The translations under genes were made by a program, and so were the position numbers. From positions 448,001 through 512,000 of the forward strand of contig CAWDDT010000004.1 in the NCBI GenBank assembly GCA_963801165.1: a DNA stretch of 64,000 nucleotides, written 5' to 3'. Positions 1 to 10,071 of the stretch are shown one piece after another (within the stretch, counting starts at the first letter, position 1; every line of letters starts with the position of its first letter). The stretch is from an uncultured bacterium. GTDB lineage: Bacteria > Actinomycetota > Acidimicrobiia > Spongiisociales > UBA5794. Below the pieces are notes generated by a model that saw nothing but the letters and a program-made list of their open reading frames with translations, was not told the origin of the DNA and made no database searches.

Positions 1-299
1 GCATGTTGATGGGATCGGTCTTCGACAACGACCAGCAGGCGGGCTCAGTCGGAGTGTTTGCGGGTCTTGGCCTTGCTGCACTCGGCGGCTGCATGGTCCC
101 GCTCGAGATCTTCCCCGACACGATGGTGAAGATCGCTCATCTCACCCCTCATGCATGGGCGCTGGACGGGTTTACCGAGTTGATCCGACAGGGCGGCAAC
201 CTCGGCTCCGTAGTTCCTCAGATCGGTGCACTGATCGCTTTCGCCGCCGTGTTGCTGGCGTTGGGCACCTGGCGCCTCCGTGCCAAGTTGACCCACTGA
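1..299 (+). CDS. ABC-2 type transporter permease, C-terminal part (runs off window edge)
   Basis: Hydrophobic ORF with LGGCMVPLEIFPD..AHLTPHAWALDGF, typical ABC-2 permease C-terminus. Confidence 0.8.
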   Translation, partial: MLMGSVFDNDQQAGSVGVFAGLGLAALGGCMVPLEIFPDTMVKIAHLTPHAWALDGFTELIRQGGNLGSVVPQIGALIAFAAVLLALGTWRLRAKLTH

Positions 300-312
300 C
301 GGGCCAGGCAGG

Positions 313-1083
313 TCACTCCTCGAGGTCGAAGAACGGTGTCCGGCCGACCTCCTCGCGCCCCGCGTCGAGAGCGCCGTCCTCCAGAGAGGGCGGCTCGGGT
401 GCTTTGCGCGTGGTCGCCGCATTCCTGTCCCGACGCACCGCCGCCAGCCAGACCGCCAGCGCTAGACCGCCCGACAGGAGGAGCAACGCCAGCAGCCAGA
501 GCGGGAAACCCGACTTGGGGTAGGTCGTGTTGGCGAACATGTACAGCTTGCCGTCGAGCGGGATGTTCCAGGAGAACCGCCCGTCGGAGGTGATCTCGTC
601 GGCGTTGTTGTCGGCGGCCTCGCCGGGCAGCGACACGAGGATGCGCGCTTCGAAGGTCTCCGGATCGATCGAACTGGGGTTGACGGGGAACTGCGACAGA
701 TCCAGGTCGCCTACCAGGTCGAGCGTCGCCTCGAGCGACGTCCCATTGTCATTCATGTCGAGGCTGAAGGACGTGAAGTGACCGGCCGCCGCGTCTGAGA
801 TCTTGGTCTCGTCGGCGAACGTTACCTGGGTGGTGTAGATCGTCATATCGCCTTCGACCCGCGTGCTGCCCTCGCCGACCAGACCGAGGTCGAGGGCGGA
901 GATGATGGCCTCGCTGTCGCCGGTGAGCTGATCGATCAGGTCCTTTAGCTGGTTGTTGATGCCCACCTCGGCGGCCAGTGTGCCCGACCCGTTCTCGTTG
1001 ACATCGAGAAGCAAGCGAACTTCAGCGCGGCAGCCCGCCATGAGGAGGGCGACAACAACAGTGAGCGCAGCAAGCCGTTTCAT
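313..1083 (-). CDS. LppM-like (DUF3153-type) lipoprotein with C-terminal TM anchor
   Basis: Lipobox LMAGC, LDVNENGSG motif, C-terminal hydrophobic helix. Confidence 0.6.
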   Translation of the reverse strand: MKRLAALTVVVALLMAGCRAEVRLLLDVNENGSGTLAAEVGINNQLKDLIDQLTGDSEAIISALDLGLVGEGSTRVEGDMTIYTTQVTFADETKISDAAAGHFTSFSLDMNDNGTSLEATLDLVGDLDLSQFPVNPSSIDPETFEARILVSLPGEAADNNADEITSDGRFSWNIPLDGKLYMFANTTYPKSGFPLWLLALLLLSGGLALAVWLAAVRRDRNAATTRKAPEPPSLEDGALDAGREEVGRTPFFDLEE

Positions 1084-1219
1084 CGAACCTTCGAGACTCT
1101 AGTGTCGCCACCGCACCCCGGTTCTCCCCGTTCGTGCGGATTTTCGACGCCTCAGGGCAGCGGATGTCCGCAAGAACGGCGATGCGTGCCAAACCGGCGG
1201 ACGCTCTTATGCTGGCGGG

Positions 1220-1993
1220 ATGGAAGACACGGAGACCGAGCGCTTTGTTGCGGCGATGCTTGCGGCGTTCCCGGGATTTCTGGAAAGCAAGATCGCAGAC
1301 CTCGGAGTCGTTGCCGACGACACTGTGACTGCGGCCGTTCGGATGGCTGCGGATCAGTTGCACGCCGAGCTGGAGAGTCTGCTGAGCCGGCCCGCAGTCG
1401 AGCAGGCGGACTCGCCGCTGGAGCTCGTGCGGCGCGCCACACAGCCCGTCTCCGCCGCGTTGGCAGCGTTGGGCGTTGCCGCTGCAACACGTGACGATTG
1501 GGAGGTCGACGCCCATCCGGAGGATCGCTACGGTCTCTACCCCGCATCGTCTCAAGAGCTGGGGGAAGAGGTGTGGCGCCACCATCTCCAGTGGGGTGTG
1601 CGCAAGGCCGGGTCGGTTGCCGGGGTGGTTCCGGCCCGGGAACCGCTGGCGGCGCTGCCTTCGATCGCGCTGTTCGGAATACCGGTGGAGCAGCGTGACC
1701 GTCTCCAAGCCGAGATCGAACGCCGCGAATTCCGGGTTCTGCTGTGGCGCAACCCGGCGGCTCTGGAGGCTGCGGCCGCAGAGCGGCCGGTGCTGGCGCT
1801 GGTCCATCTGGGACACCCAGCGGCGCACGAGGCAATCCGGGCGTTGGTGTCCGGCAACATCGGCGTGGTTGCAGTCGGGGAGCGGGTTGACGACCTGATG
1901 ACCCCGGGGATCCTGGCCCTTGGTGCCAGGGAGGTGGTCGCGTCAGGCCGTCTGATCGCCGGTCTCGACCGGTTGCTTCCCCGGCTTGCCTGA
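1220..1993 (+). CDS. Hypothetical protein
   Basis: 257-aa ORF with normal composition; no family recognised. Confidence 0.65.
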   Translation: MEDTETERFVAAMLAAFPGFLESKIADLGVVADDTVTAAVRMAADQLHAELESLLSRPAVEQADSPLELVRRATQPVSAALAALGVAAATRDDWEVDAHPEDRYGLYPASSQELGEEVWRHHLQWGVRKAGSVAGVVPAREPLAALPSIALFGIPVEQRDRLQAEIERREFRVLLWRNPAALEAAAAERPVLALVHLGHPAAHEAIRALVSGNIGVVAVGERVDDLMTPGILALGAREVVASGRLIAGLDRLLPRLA

Positions 1994-2869
1994 TCCCGGT
2001 CGCCGCAGACTGAAGACCACGAGCCCGGCGAGCACGAGGCCCGCTCCGATCCATTGGCTGACCCCGAACAGCTCTGTGTAGATCAACCGTGCCCAGACAA
2101 TCGCCAGGAGAGGCTGACCCAGCAGAAGAACCGAAGTGTCGAGAGCCGGCAGGTTGGGGAGCGATCTCGAGATGAGCAGCCACCCGATGACCTGGGCGAT
2201 GATCGCGATCAGGATGATCCATCGGTGCGTGGCCCAGTCCACCGTGAGTTTGAAGTCCGGCGAGAATACGAGCCCGATGAACAGCGAGGCCGCGGCAGCC
2301 CCGACGGTCGAGTCGAACAAGGGGCCGGTGGGCGGCGCCTGGTGGCCTCGGTTTGCCTCGCGGAGGGTCAGGACGAATCCGGCATAGAAGAACGCCGATG
2401 CCAGGGACTCGATGGTGCCCAGTCGCGGGTTCGTCCCGTATGCGTCTGAGCTGCCGGCTCCGGAGATGAGGAAGATGCCGAGCAGGATCGCCGGAACGAG
2501 CCAGATCGCCCGCCGGCCGGGCCGCTCCCGATACAGCGCCCAGGCGATCAGCGCCACGATCACGACCTGGAGGTTGGCGACGACGGTGGCGAGCCCGGCA
2601 CCGATCAGACCTATCCCGGCGTGCCAGAACGTGAGGTCGAGCGCAAGGAAGACACCAGAGGCGACGGCGATCCACCGGCTCTTGCGAGGCCGCCGGTCCT
2701 TACTGCGTGTCCCCCAGTAGAGCACGGCGAGGACAGGCAGTGCATAGAGAAAGCGGAAGAACGCGATTGTCACGTCACCGGCGTCTTCGGCGGCGCGCAC
2801 CAGTACCGGTACGAACGAGATACAGAAAACGCCGGCGACCGCCATCAGCCGGTAGGAGAAATCGGACAT
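1943..2869 (-). CDS. DMT/EamA family transporter
   Basis: About 10 TM helices in two EamA-like repeats (TIAFFRFLYALP; GAGLATVVANLQ). Confidence 0.9.
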   Translation of the reverse strand: MSDFSYRLMAVAGVFCISFVPVLVRAAEDAGDVTIAFFRFLYALPVLAVLYWGTRSKDRRPRKSRWIAVASGVFLALDLTFWHAGIGLIGAGLATVVANLQVVIVALIAWALYRERPGRRAIWLVPAILLGIFLISGAGSSDAYGTNPRLGTIESLASAFFYAGFVLTLREANRGHQAPPTGPLFDSTVGAAAASLFIGLVFSPDFKLTVDWATHRWIILIAIIAQVIGWLLISRSLPNLPALDTSVLLLGQPLLAIVWARLIYTELFGVSQWIGAGLVLAGLVVFSLRRPGSGKPGKQPVETGDQTA

Positions 2870-2947
2870 CGGGCGAGGTTAGCGGTCGCCTGGCTCGGGA
2901 CCGCCGCGAGTGTTCTACGCTGCCAAGAAGTCGAGAGAACGGATGCC

Positions 2948-3217
2948 ATGTCGGACATCGAGTCGGCCTTCACCACCGCCGTCGCACAGGTCAAGCAGTT
3001 GCGGGAGCGACCCGGCAATGACGACCTGCTCCGGCTCTATGCGCTCTACAAGCAGGCCACGTCCGGGGACGTGTCGGGTGATCGCCCCGGGATGATCGAC
3101 TTCGTCAACCGAGCCAAATACGACGCCTGGGCGGCGCTGCGAGGAACACCCCGAGACGATGCGATACGTTCCTACATCGACGTTGTGGATGGTCTGAAGG
3201 CTACCCAAGCCGACTGA
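2948..3217 (+). CDS. Acyl-CoA-binding protein (ACBP)
   Basis: LLRLYALYKQATSGD..RAKYDAW signature; start re-called to ATG 2948. Confidence 0.9.
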   Translation: MSDIESAFTTAVAQVKQLRERPGNDDLLRLYALYKQATSGDVSGDRPGMIDFVNRAKYDAWAALRGTPRDDAIRSYIDVVDGLKATQAD

Positions 3218-3275
3218 ATCGCGGCTAGCACGAACGTACGACGATCGGCCGACACGCCAGAAAGCGAGCCGTTCC

Positions 3276-3686
3276 ATGACCGAAGATCGAGTCGAATTCA
3301 GGACACCGAAGACCATGCCCCCGACCGCCGGCTACCACCACATCGCGGTTGTTCCTCCCGGGGCCACGACGCTTTATCTCTCGGGTCAGGTCCCGTTCGA
3401 CACCGAGGGGAACCTGGTGGGACAGCACGATTTTGCGGGTCAGGCGGAACAGGTCTTTCGCAACATCGAGGCAGCGCTCCGGGCCGTGGGGGCCGACTTC
3501 GGAGACGTGGTGAAGCTCGGCATGTTTGTGTCGGACATGTCGAACATCGGGGCGTTGCGGGAAGTACGTGATCGTTTCATCGACATGTCCAACCCGCCAA
3601 CCAGCACGCTCGTGGAGGTCTCCGGCTTCATCCGGCCGGAGATAATGCTGGAGGTCGATGCAATAGCGGTTCTGGGGCCGACCTAG
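3276..3686 (+). CDS. RidA/YjgF family protein
   Basis: LYLSGQVP, PPTSTLVEV, LEVDAIA motifs. Confidence 0.9.
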   Translation: MTEDRVEFRTPKTMPPTAGYHHIAVVPPGATTLYLSGQVPFDTEGNLVGQHDFAGQAEQVFRNIEAALRAVGADFGDVVKLGMFVSDMSNIGALREVRDRFIDMSNPPTSTLVEVSGFIRPEIMLEVDAIAVLGPT

Positions 3687-3732
3687 CGATAGGAGATCAC
3701 CGTCGGCCCCCGCCAATTGTGTCGATTCAGCC

Positions 3733-4680
3733 TCATGGACGCAGGTCGAGTTCGGCCAGTGGCTCCGCTACCTCCCGGGCCACAGCTTGCAGCCCCCCGG
3801 GAGCCTGGCGAGCCGGGACGCCCAGGATCACCTGGTTTGCCCCGGCGCGGATGAACGCTCGCGACGTCTCGAGGGCGGCGCGGCGCGAAGCCCGGCTCGA
3901 CCCGCAGGAGACCTGGGCTGCGAACATGAATGCCGAAGGGTCACGGCCCTCGGCCTCGAGAGCCCGGGAGATCTCGGTGCGTTTCCCGGCGAAGTAGGCG
4001 ACATCGCCCGGGCGGTTGCCGGGCATGGGCCATCCCTCGGCGTAGCGCGCCGCCAGGGCGATACCCCGCCGTTTCTGCCCACCGAGCCAGATCGCAGGCC
4101 CCCCGGGCCGTACCGGTGGCGGCTCGTTGGTGGCGTTCTCGAGCGGGAAGAAGGGATCGTCGAGGCTGACGCCGGGCGGGCGGTGCGCCTCATCCGAGAA
4201 CAGTGAAGTGAGCACACGCAATGCGCTCTCATAGCGATCGAAACGCTCCGGCAACGGCGGCAGTGGAATCCCGAACGCATCGTGCTCGCCCTGGTGCCAG
4301 CCGGCGCCGAGACCAAGCACGAACCGGCCGCCCGTTGCGTTGTCGATGACGGTCGCAGCCTTGGCGAGCACGGCCGGGTGGCGGAAGGTGTTGGACGCGA
4401 CCGCAATCCCCAACCATTTGCCCGGCACCTTTCCGGCCAGGGCGGCGGCAGTAGTCAGGGATTCGAACGCGGGGCCGTTTCTCTTGCGGTTTGCGTCAGA
4501 GAGGTGATCGCTCATCCAGCCCGCCGAGAACACCGGCGTAGATCCGGCCAGGGCCCAGGTGTCCTCGAGACGGCGCCAGTCGAGGTCGGTCGTTTCAGTG
4601 GCGGAGATACGAAAACCGATCAACCCGGGCCGGGCCCGGCCGGGAGTCTCGGCTTCAGGGGAGCCGGAGCGGCGAGTCAT
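3733..4680 (-). CDS. LLM class (luciferase-like) oxidoreductase
   Basis: WMSDHL, RHPAVLAKAATVIDNATGGRFVLGLGAGW; start re-called to ATG 4680. Confidence 0.9.
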   Translation of the reverse strand: MTRRSGSPEAETPGRARPGLIGFRISATETTDLDWRRLEDTWALAGSTPVFSAGWMSDHLSDANRKRNGPAFESLTTAAALAGKVPGKWLGIAVASNTFRHPAVLAKAATVIDNATGGRFVLGLGAGWHQGEHDAFGIPLPPLPERFDRYESALRVLTSLFSDEAHRPPGVSLDDPFFPLENATNEPPPVRPGGPAIWLGGQKRRGIALAARYAEGWPMPGNRPGDVAYFAGKRTEISRALEAEGRDPSAFMFAAQVSCGSSRASRRAALETSRAFIRAGANQVILGVPARQAPGGLQAVAREVAEPLAELDLRP

Positions 4681-4809
4681 GCAATCTCCAGTTGTGACGG
4701 CATCAAGCGAGGCTAGGCCGTTTGTCCGCTCATGAGGGCGAGCCACCTCCTGGCCGTGTTCAACCCGCGCCGCGGCGAGCACATGTCATCGTAGAGGTCG
4801 CCGGTTCGC

Positions 4810-7119
4810 TCACCCGATGAGCCGGGCCCGCACGGTGGCGGAGATGTTGAGCCGTTGCAGCCGCCGTACTGTGAAGAAGGTGGGGATCAGCGCCAGTAGG
4901 AGCGCCCCGGCGACGACGGTGAAGTCGGACGGCTTTGCATCGAGACCGATGTGGAACCAGGCCTCTCCCATCCGGGCGACCAGCGGTGCGGCAAGCAATA
5001 GACCGGCCGGCACCGATAGGAGTGCGGCGACTGCCGTCTGGAGAACCGTCTCGACGGTGACGATCGTCGCCAGGGGCCGCCTGCCGTACCCCATTGCCCG
5101 CAGGGTGGCGAACTCGTCGCGTCGGTCGAGGAAAGCGAGCGACAGGCTGGAGACGAGGAACAGGAGGCCGACCGCCAGGCTGATGGCGAGCATCGTGTCG
5201 ATGAGCCCGGTCAGCTCGGTGACCAGCTCGTGGACCGCCTGTTGCACCTGAGCCTTCGAAGCCACCCGGGCCACTTCCGGCTCGCTACGGAGTGAATCGG
5301 CCTGTGCGGCGTCGGCCACCACAAGCACCGTGGAGATGTCACCACTGCCGAGCAGCCGGGTCGCCACGTCGTTGGTGGCGTAGGCGCTATTGGAGGCGAG
5401 AGTACGGATCTCACCGCCGACCGTGAGCTGCGTCGTTCCGGTGGCGGACAGCACCGTTATCGAATCCCCGACACTAACCCCCAGCGTCTGCGCCGTTTGC
5501 TCGCCGAGGTCGATCATCCCCGGTTGTGGGGGAGAGCCGGCAACGACGTCGAGATTCATCAGCTCCCCGGCGCCCGGTACGCCCACGACCTGGAGGTCCA
5601 CGCTCTTGCCGGCAACGGACGTGATGCGAGCCGGTCCCTCGAGCAGCGGTTCCGCACCGTCGATCCCGGCCGCGGCGACGAGCCGGTTCGCCTCCGGCTC
5701 GGGCAGGGGTGTGGCGAGCGTCACGCTGTAGGTCCAGGAATCGCCGCTGAAGGCAGCGTCGGTGGCCTGCGCCGCCGAGCTCGCCACGATGTTGAGAGCC
5801 GCGCCGAGACCGATGGCGGCGCTCACGCTGACCACGGTTGCAAGAGTCAACACGGGACGCCGTGCGAGCGAGCGGGTGGCGTACGCCCATGGTGTGCTCC
5901 ATGCTTTGGTGCTTCGCTCCAGCCAGTGGGGGAGGTGGACGCCCACGGCGGCTTGGCCCCGCATCGCGGCGGCCGGGGTGAGCCGGGCCACCCGGTAAGC
6001 CGGAACGATCGCCGCAATCAGGGTGGCGCCCAGGGCGACTGCGACGCACAGCAGCAGCGAAGCAGGCTCCAGCTGGTGTACGGTCGCTGGGAAGCCGACC
6101 GCGGTGGCGTACTGGGCGCCCACCAGCCGGCTGATGCCCGCGGTGACGCCGATCCCGACGACCGCCCCGGCGATACCGAGAAGGGCGGCAACGAGGACGA
6201 CGCTGACGGCCACTGCGGTGCGGGAGTATCCGATGGCGAGCAGGGCACCGAGCTCACGCCGCTGGTGTTGTACCAGCCGCAGGAGACTCAGCATCACGAG
6301 GATCAGCCCGGAGACGGCAAACACACCGCCGAGCACAGGAGCCAGCAACGAGAAGATCCTCACGTCGGCCTCGGTGAACCTGAGTGAGTACTGCTGGGCG
6401 CGGGGAACGATGCTCGCCACCGGCAACGTGGCTGCGAGGTTGGTGGAGGGTGCGGTGGCGTCGGTGGCAGAGTCGAGGATCAAGTCGTTGGCCCGGTCGG
6501 CGAGTCCGGTGACCTCCTGGAGCCGGGCGCGGGTGGTGAAGACGACGGCGAGCGACCCGCGCTGTGGGATCAGATAGGCAGGGTTGGCCGTCGCCAACAG
6601 GTATTCCGGGCTCCGAACCAGACCGGCCACCCGCCAGTGGCCGGTCTGCCCGGAGACGTTGAGGGTGACATCGTCGCCGACCTTCAGACCCGTGTAGTGA
6701 GCAAAATCGGCCTCGATGAGGACCTCATCGGGTCCCAACGCGGCGAGGTCGGACCCTACGAGAACGTCGAGCCGGTCCAACTCGGCGTCGGGCTGCATGC
6801 CGACGATCTCGGCCGGGGTGGTCTCTCCGTCGCCCGGAAAGGCGGTACCGCTCACGATGAGACGGGCTTCACTGCGCGTCGCTTCCATGCCGATCGCAGC
6901 GCCCGTCAGCTCGGTCAGCGGCACCGGGTCGGTGAGCCGGACGTCGAGGTCGGCGAGCGCGTAGTCGGTGAAGAAGTTGTCCCGCGTCGTCTCGACGTCG
7001 TGCAACGCCTGGGCGATGCCCGCCGTGGTGCCGGCTCCGGTGGCTATGACAGCGATGATGAGGAGGGCTCCGATCCCCAGAGCGCGGAGATCACGAAACG
7101 CCTTGAGGATCAGCATCAT
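4810..7119 (-). CDS. FtsX/MacB-like ABC transporter permease (two FtsX domains)
   Basis: RRELGALLAIGYS and RRDEFATLRAMGY repeats; start overlaps ATPase stop. Confidence 0.88.
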   Translation of the reverse strand: MMLILKAFRDLRALGIGALLIIAVIATGAGTTAGIAQALHDVETTRDNFFTDYALADLDVRLTDPVPLTELTGAAIGMEATRSEARLIVSGTAFPGDGETTPAEIVGMQPDAELDRLDVLVGSDLAALGPDEVLIEADFAHYTGLKVGDDVTLNVSGQTGHWRVAGLVRSPEYLLATANPAYLIPQRGSLAVVFTTRARLQEVTGLADRANDLILDSATDATAPSTNLAATLPVASIVPRAQQYSLRFTEADVRIFSLLAPVLGGVFAVSGLILVMLSLLRLVQHQRRELGALLAIGYSRTAVAVSVVLVAALLGIAGAVVGIGVTAGISRLVGAQYATAVGFPATVHQLEPASLLLCVAVALGATLIAAIVPAYRVARLTPAAAMRGQAAVGVHLPHWLERSTKAWSTPWAYATRSLARRPVLTLATVVSVSAAIGLGAALNIVASSAAQATDAAFSGDSWTYSVTLATPLPEPEANRLVAAAGIDGAEPLLEGPARITSVAGKSVDLQVVGVPGAGELMNLDVVAGSPPQPGMIDLGEQTAQTLGVSVGDSITVLSATGTTQLTVGGEIRTLASNSAYATNDVATRLLGSGDISTVLVVADAAQADSLRSEPEVARVASKAQVQQAVHELVTELTGLIDTMLAISLAVGLLFLVSSLSLAFLDRRDEFATLRAMGYGRRPLATIVTVETVLQTAVAALLSVPAGLLLAAPLVARMGEAWFHIGLDAKPSDFTVVAGALLLALIPTFFTVRRLQRLNISATVRARLIG

Positions 7120-7847
7120 CCTTCCCCGGCTACGAGGTGCCCGTCGGCGAGGCGCACGACCCGACCTGCGGTGGCAGCCACCGTGGGGTCGTGGCTCACC
7201 ACCAGGAACGTTGCCCCCGTTTCTTCGTTCAGGCGGTGCATCAACTCCACGATCTCGCCGCTGGATGCGGTGTCGAGGTTGCCCGTTGGTTCGTCGGCGA
7301 GCACCAGCCGTGGTCCCTTCGCCAGGGCGCGGACGATTGCCACGCGCTGTTGCTCCCCACCCGAGAGCTCGCCCGGGAGGCGGTCCTGCAGCGCCGCAAG
7401 ACCCACGCGGTCCAGGAAGGCTGCCGCCTCCTGCTTCGCCCGGCGGCGGGGGATGCCGGCAACCGTCATCCCTGCGACCACGTTCTCCATTGCGGTGAGC
7501 GTCGGCAGCAGGTTGTAGAACTGGAAGACGAAGCCGACCGATCGGGCCCGGAAGTCGGCCAGCTCGCCGGGGGTGGCCCCGTCGAGTTCCGTTCCGCATA
7601 CGGTCACGGTGCCCGTGTCCGACGCGTCGAGAGCACCGATCACATTGAGCAGGGTGGTCTTGCCCGATCCGGAAGGGCCGAGCAGGACCACGAACTCACC
7701 CGCTTCGATTTCGAGCGATACGTCCTGCAAGACCGTCTGGCCGGTCCCGTCGCCGCGGTAGGTCTTGGACACACGGTCGAGCACCACCAGCGGCGCTGTG
7801 GCGGTGGCACTGCCGACCGGGTCATGGTGCTGGTCTGTTTTCATCAT
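7116..7847 (-). CDS. ABC transporter ATP-binding protein (LolD/MacB type)
   Basis: GPSGSGKT, LSGGEQQRV, LADEPTGNLD. Confidence 0.95.
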   Translation of the reverse strand: MMKTDQHHDPVGSATATAPLVVLDRVSKTYRGDGTGQTVLQDVSLEIEAGEFVVLLGPSGSGKTTLLNVIGALDASDTGTVTVCGTELDGATPGELADFRARSVGFVFQFYNLLPTLTAMENVVAGMTVAGIPRRRAKQEAAAFLDRVGLAALQDRLPGELSGGEQQRVAIVRALAKGPRLVLADEPTGNLDTASSGEIVELMHRLNEETGATFLVVSHDPTVAATAGRVVRLADGHLVAGEG

Positions 7848-8455
7848 CGCTGCTCCTCATCTCGTCCCACCCCGTCGAGTACCAAAGCGACGACGTAGCC
7901 GGGGATCTCGTCCAACGTCGGCCAGCCGCCGCCGGCCCGCCAATGCTGGGCGAGCATCAGCAGTGTGAGCCCAACGAGCGTGAGCGTCAGCTGCTCGACG
8001 GCGACGTCATCGTCGATCTCACCCCGCTGCACGCCTTCGACGAGGATGATCACGACCTTGTCCATGAACGGTGCCGCCGCCTGGACGATGCGGACGTATA
8101 CGTCGATGTCGGCGGCCAGCGCCTCGCGCACCAGGACCCGGGCGAAGGCTTCGTTGTTGCGGGCCCAGTCGACGTCGGCGGCCACAGCTGCCAGCAGCCG
8201 CTCCCGCGTCGAGGCGGTGGCAGACACCGAGTCGGCGCCGGTCGCCGCTCGCTGGCAGGCTTCCTCCACAACCGCAAAGAAGAGGGCGTCTTTGGAGGTG
8301 AAGTAGTTGTAGACCGTTCCCTGGGCGAAACCGGCGGCGCGGGAGATGCGATTGACGTTCGCGCCGTCCCTTCCCTCCCGAGCGAACTCGTCTGCCGCGG
8401 CCTCGAGCAGGCTGGCCCTGGTTGCTTGCTTTGTCTCCCCGGTGATCCGAGCCAC
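7844..8455 (-). CDS. TetR/AcrR family regulator
   Basis: N-terminal HTH ISRAAGFAQGTVYNYFTSKDALF. Confidence 0.93.
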   Translation of the reverse strand: MARITGETKQATRASLLEAAADEFAREGRDGANVNRISRAAGFAQGTVYNYFTSKDALFFAVVEEACQRAATGADSVSATASTRERLLAAVAADVDWARNNEAFARVLVREALAADIDVYVRIVQAAAPFMDKVVIILVEGVQRGEIDDDVAVEQLTLTLVGLTLLMLAQHWRAGGGWPTLDEIPGYVVALVLDGVGRDEEQR

Positions 8456-8528
8456 AGGTTCGCTCCTAATATGACTGACTGCCCACCCATATTAGCGGAC
8501 GGATCCGTGGCAGGCAACTGGTTCCTCA

Positions 8529-9950
8529 GTGCAGCAACGTGGAGACATGTCTATGGTCGCTCGCAAAGGGGTGGTGTCCGGGAGGGAGCCCGACACCGTG
8601 ACTAGGCGGAGGCGACGTGTGAGCAGGCAACATCGGCTGTATGGCTACCGCTGGGTGGTGCTGGCGGTCTTCATGTTCATCAACCTGGCCATCCAGCTGT
8701 TGTGGATCTCGTACGCTCCGATCACCGGTCCCGCAGCGGACTTCTACGGGGTGAGCGACCTGCTCATCGGTCTGCTGGCGATGTCGTTCATGATCGCCTT
8801 CATCCCGCTCTCGATCCCCGTGTCCTGGGTGATCGACGCCTACGGCTTTCGGATTGCGGTCGGGATCGGCGCCGGTCTGATGGGCGTCTTCGGTCTGCTG
8901 CGTGGCTTCGCCGGAGCCAACTACGCCGTGGTTTTGACGAGCACGATCGGCCTCGCCGTCGCCCAACCGTTCCTGCTCAACGCGTGGACCACGATCCCCG
9001 CCAAGTGGTTCCCCGTGGATGGCCGGGCCACCGCTGTCGGATTGGTGACGCTGGCCAACCTGGTGGGCACGGCTCTCGGTCTGGCGCTCACCCCGGTGCT
9101 GATCGAGAGCATGTCGATCTCGACCGTGCAGTTGATCTATGGCGCAACTGCGGCCTTCGCATCCGTGCTGTTTCTGCTGCTGGCGCGCGAGACCCCGCCC
9201 ACCCCGCCCGCAGAGCCCGGCCGGGAGGAGCGGGCGCTCATGCTCGACGGTCTCAAGCACGCTCTCAAGGTCAAGCCGTTTCTGCTGTTTCTCGTGGTCG
9301 CGTTCGTCGGGCTGGGGATATTCAATGGGGTTACCACCTGGATCGAGAACATCGTCCGACCGCGGGGGTTCACACCAACAGACGCGGGGACCATCGGAGC
9401 GCTGATGGTCGCCGGCGGGCTCGTCGGTGCGATCGTCCTGCCCGCCCTCTCGGACAAACAGCACAAGCGGCAGCGCTATCTGATGCTCGCCTTCGTTGGT
9501 GCGATCCCAGGGCTGTTTGGTCTGACGTTCGCCACGTCGGGTGTACTGCTGTTCGGTTCGGCAGTTGTGATGGGGTTCTTCCTCATCAGCGCCATGCCGG
9601 TAGGGCTGCAGTACGCCGCCGAGATCACCTACCCGACACCCGAGGGGACCTCCAACGGGCTGATTCAGCTCTCCGGCCAGGGCGCCGTCGTCTTTGTCTA
9701 TGTAATGGAAGCGATGCGAACCAGCGACGGCTCCTTCACTCCGTCGCTGGTGCTGGCGATGGCGATGCTCGTGGTCAGCGCCGGGCTTGTTACGCAGATG
9801 AAGGACCCGGAGCGGATTCGACCAGAAGCCGCGCTCGCCCTTGAACCTCAATCTGCGGATTGGGGAGGAGAATCGCTCGATTCCGCAATGCCCTCCGGGG
9901 GATTCTGCACTGGGTGGGGCACTGAAACTGTGAATGATTCAACGGATTGA
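8529..9950 (+). CDS. MFS transporter (true start probably near 8620)
   Basis: YRWVVLAVF N-terminus, about 12 TM helices, WFPVDGRATAVG. Confidence 0.88.
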   Translation: MQQRGDMSMVARKGVVSGREPDTVTRRRRRVSRQHRLYGYRWVVLAVFMFINLAIQLLWISYAPITGPAADFYGVSDLLIGLLAMSFMIAFIPLSIPVSWVIDAYGFRIAVGIGAGLMGVFGLLRGFAGANYAVVLTSTIGLAVAQPFLLNAWTTIPAKWFPVDGRATAVGLVTLANLVGTALGLALTPVLIESMSISTVQLIYGATAAFASVLFLLLARETPPTPPAEPGREERALMLDGLKHALKVKPFLLFLVVAFVGLGIFNGVTTWIENIVRPRGFTPTDAGTIGALMVAGGLVGAIVLPALSDKQHKRQRYLMLAFVGAIPGLFGLTFATSGVLLFGSAVVMGFFLISAMPVGLQYAAEITYPTPEGTSNGLIQLSGQGAVVFVYVMEAMRTSDGSFTPSLVLAMAMLVVSAGLVTQMKDPERIRPEAALALEPQSADWGGESLDSAMPSGGFCTGWGTETVNDSTD

Positions 9951-10071
9951 AATCGCCCGCGACGTCGAGCTGATCGAGCGATCCGACAATCTGCAACCGT
10001 GGATTGGGGTTGAAGAGCCGGGTGGCCCCAGGGCAGTGTGAGCCCGGATCGCGCCCGGTGGAGGAGACACG

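Noticed and set aside
1152-2675. Long Arg/Pro-rich alternative-frame and antisense ORFs (also 8526-9851, 33081-34211, 39852-41042, 59672-60988)
   Set aside because: Typical high-GC shadow ORFs overlapping well-supported genes
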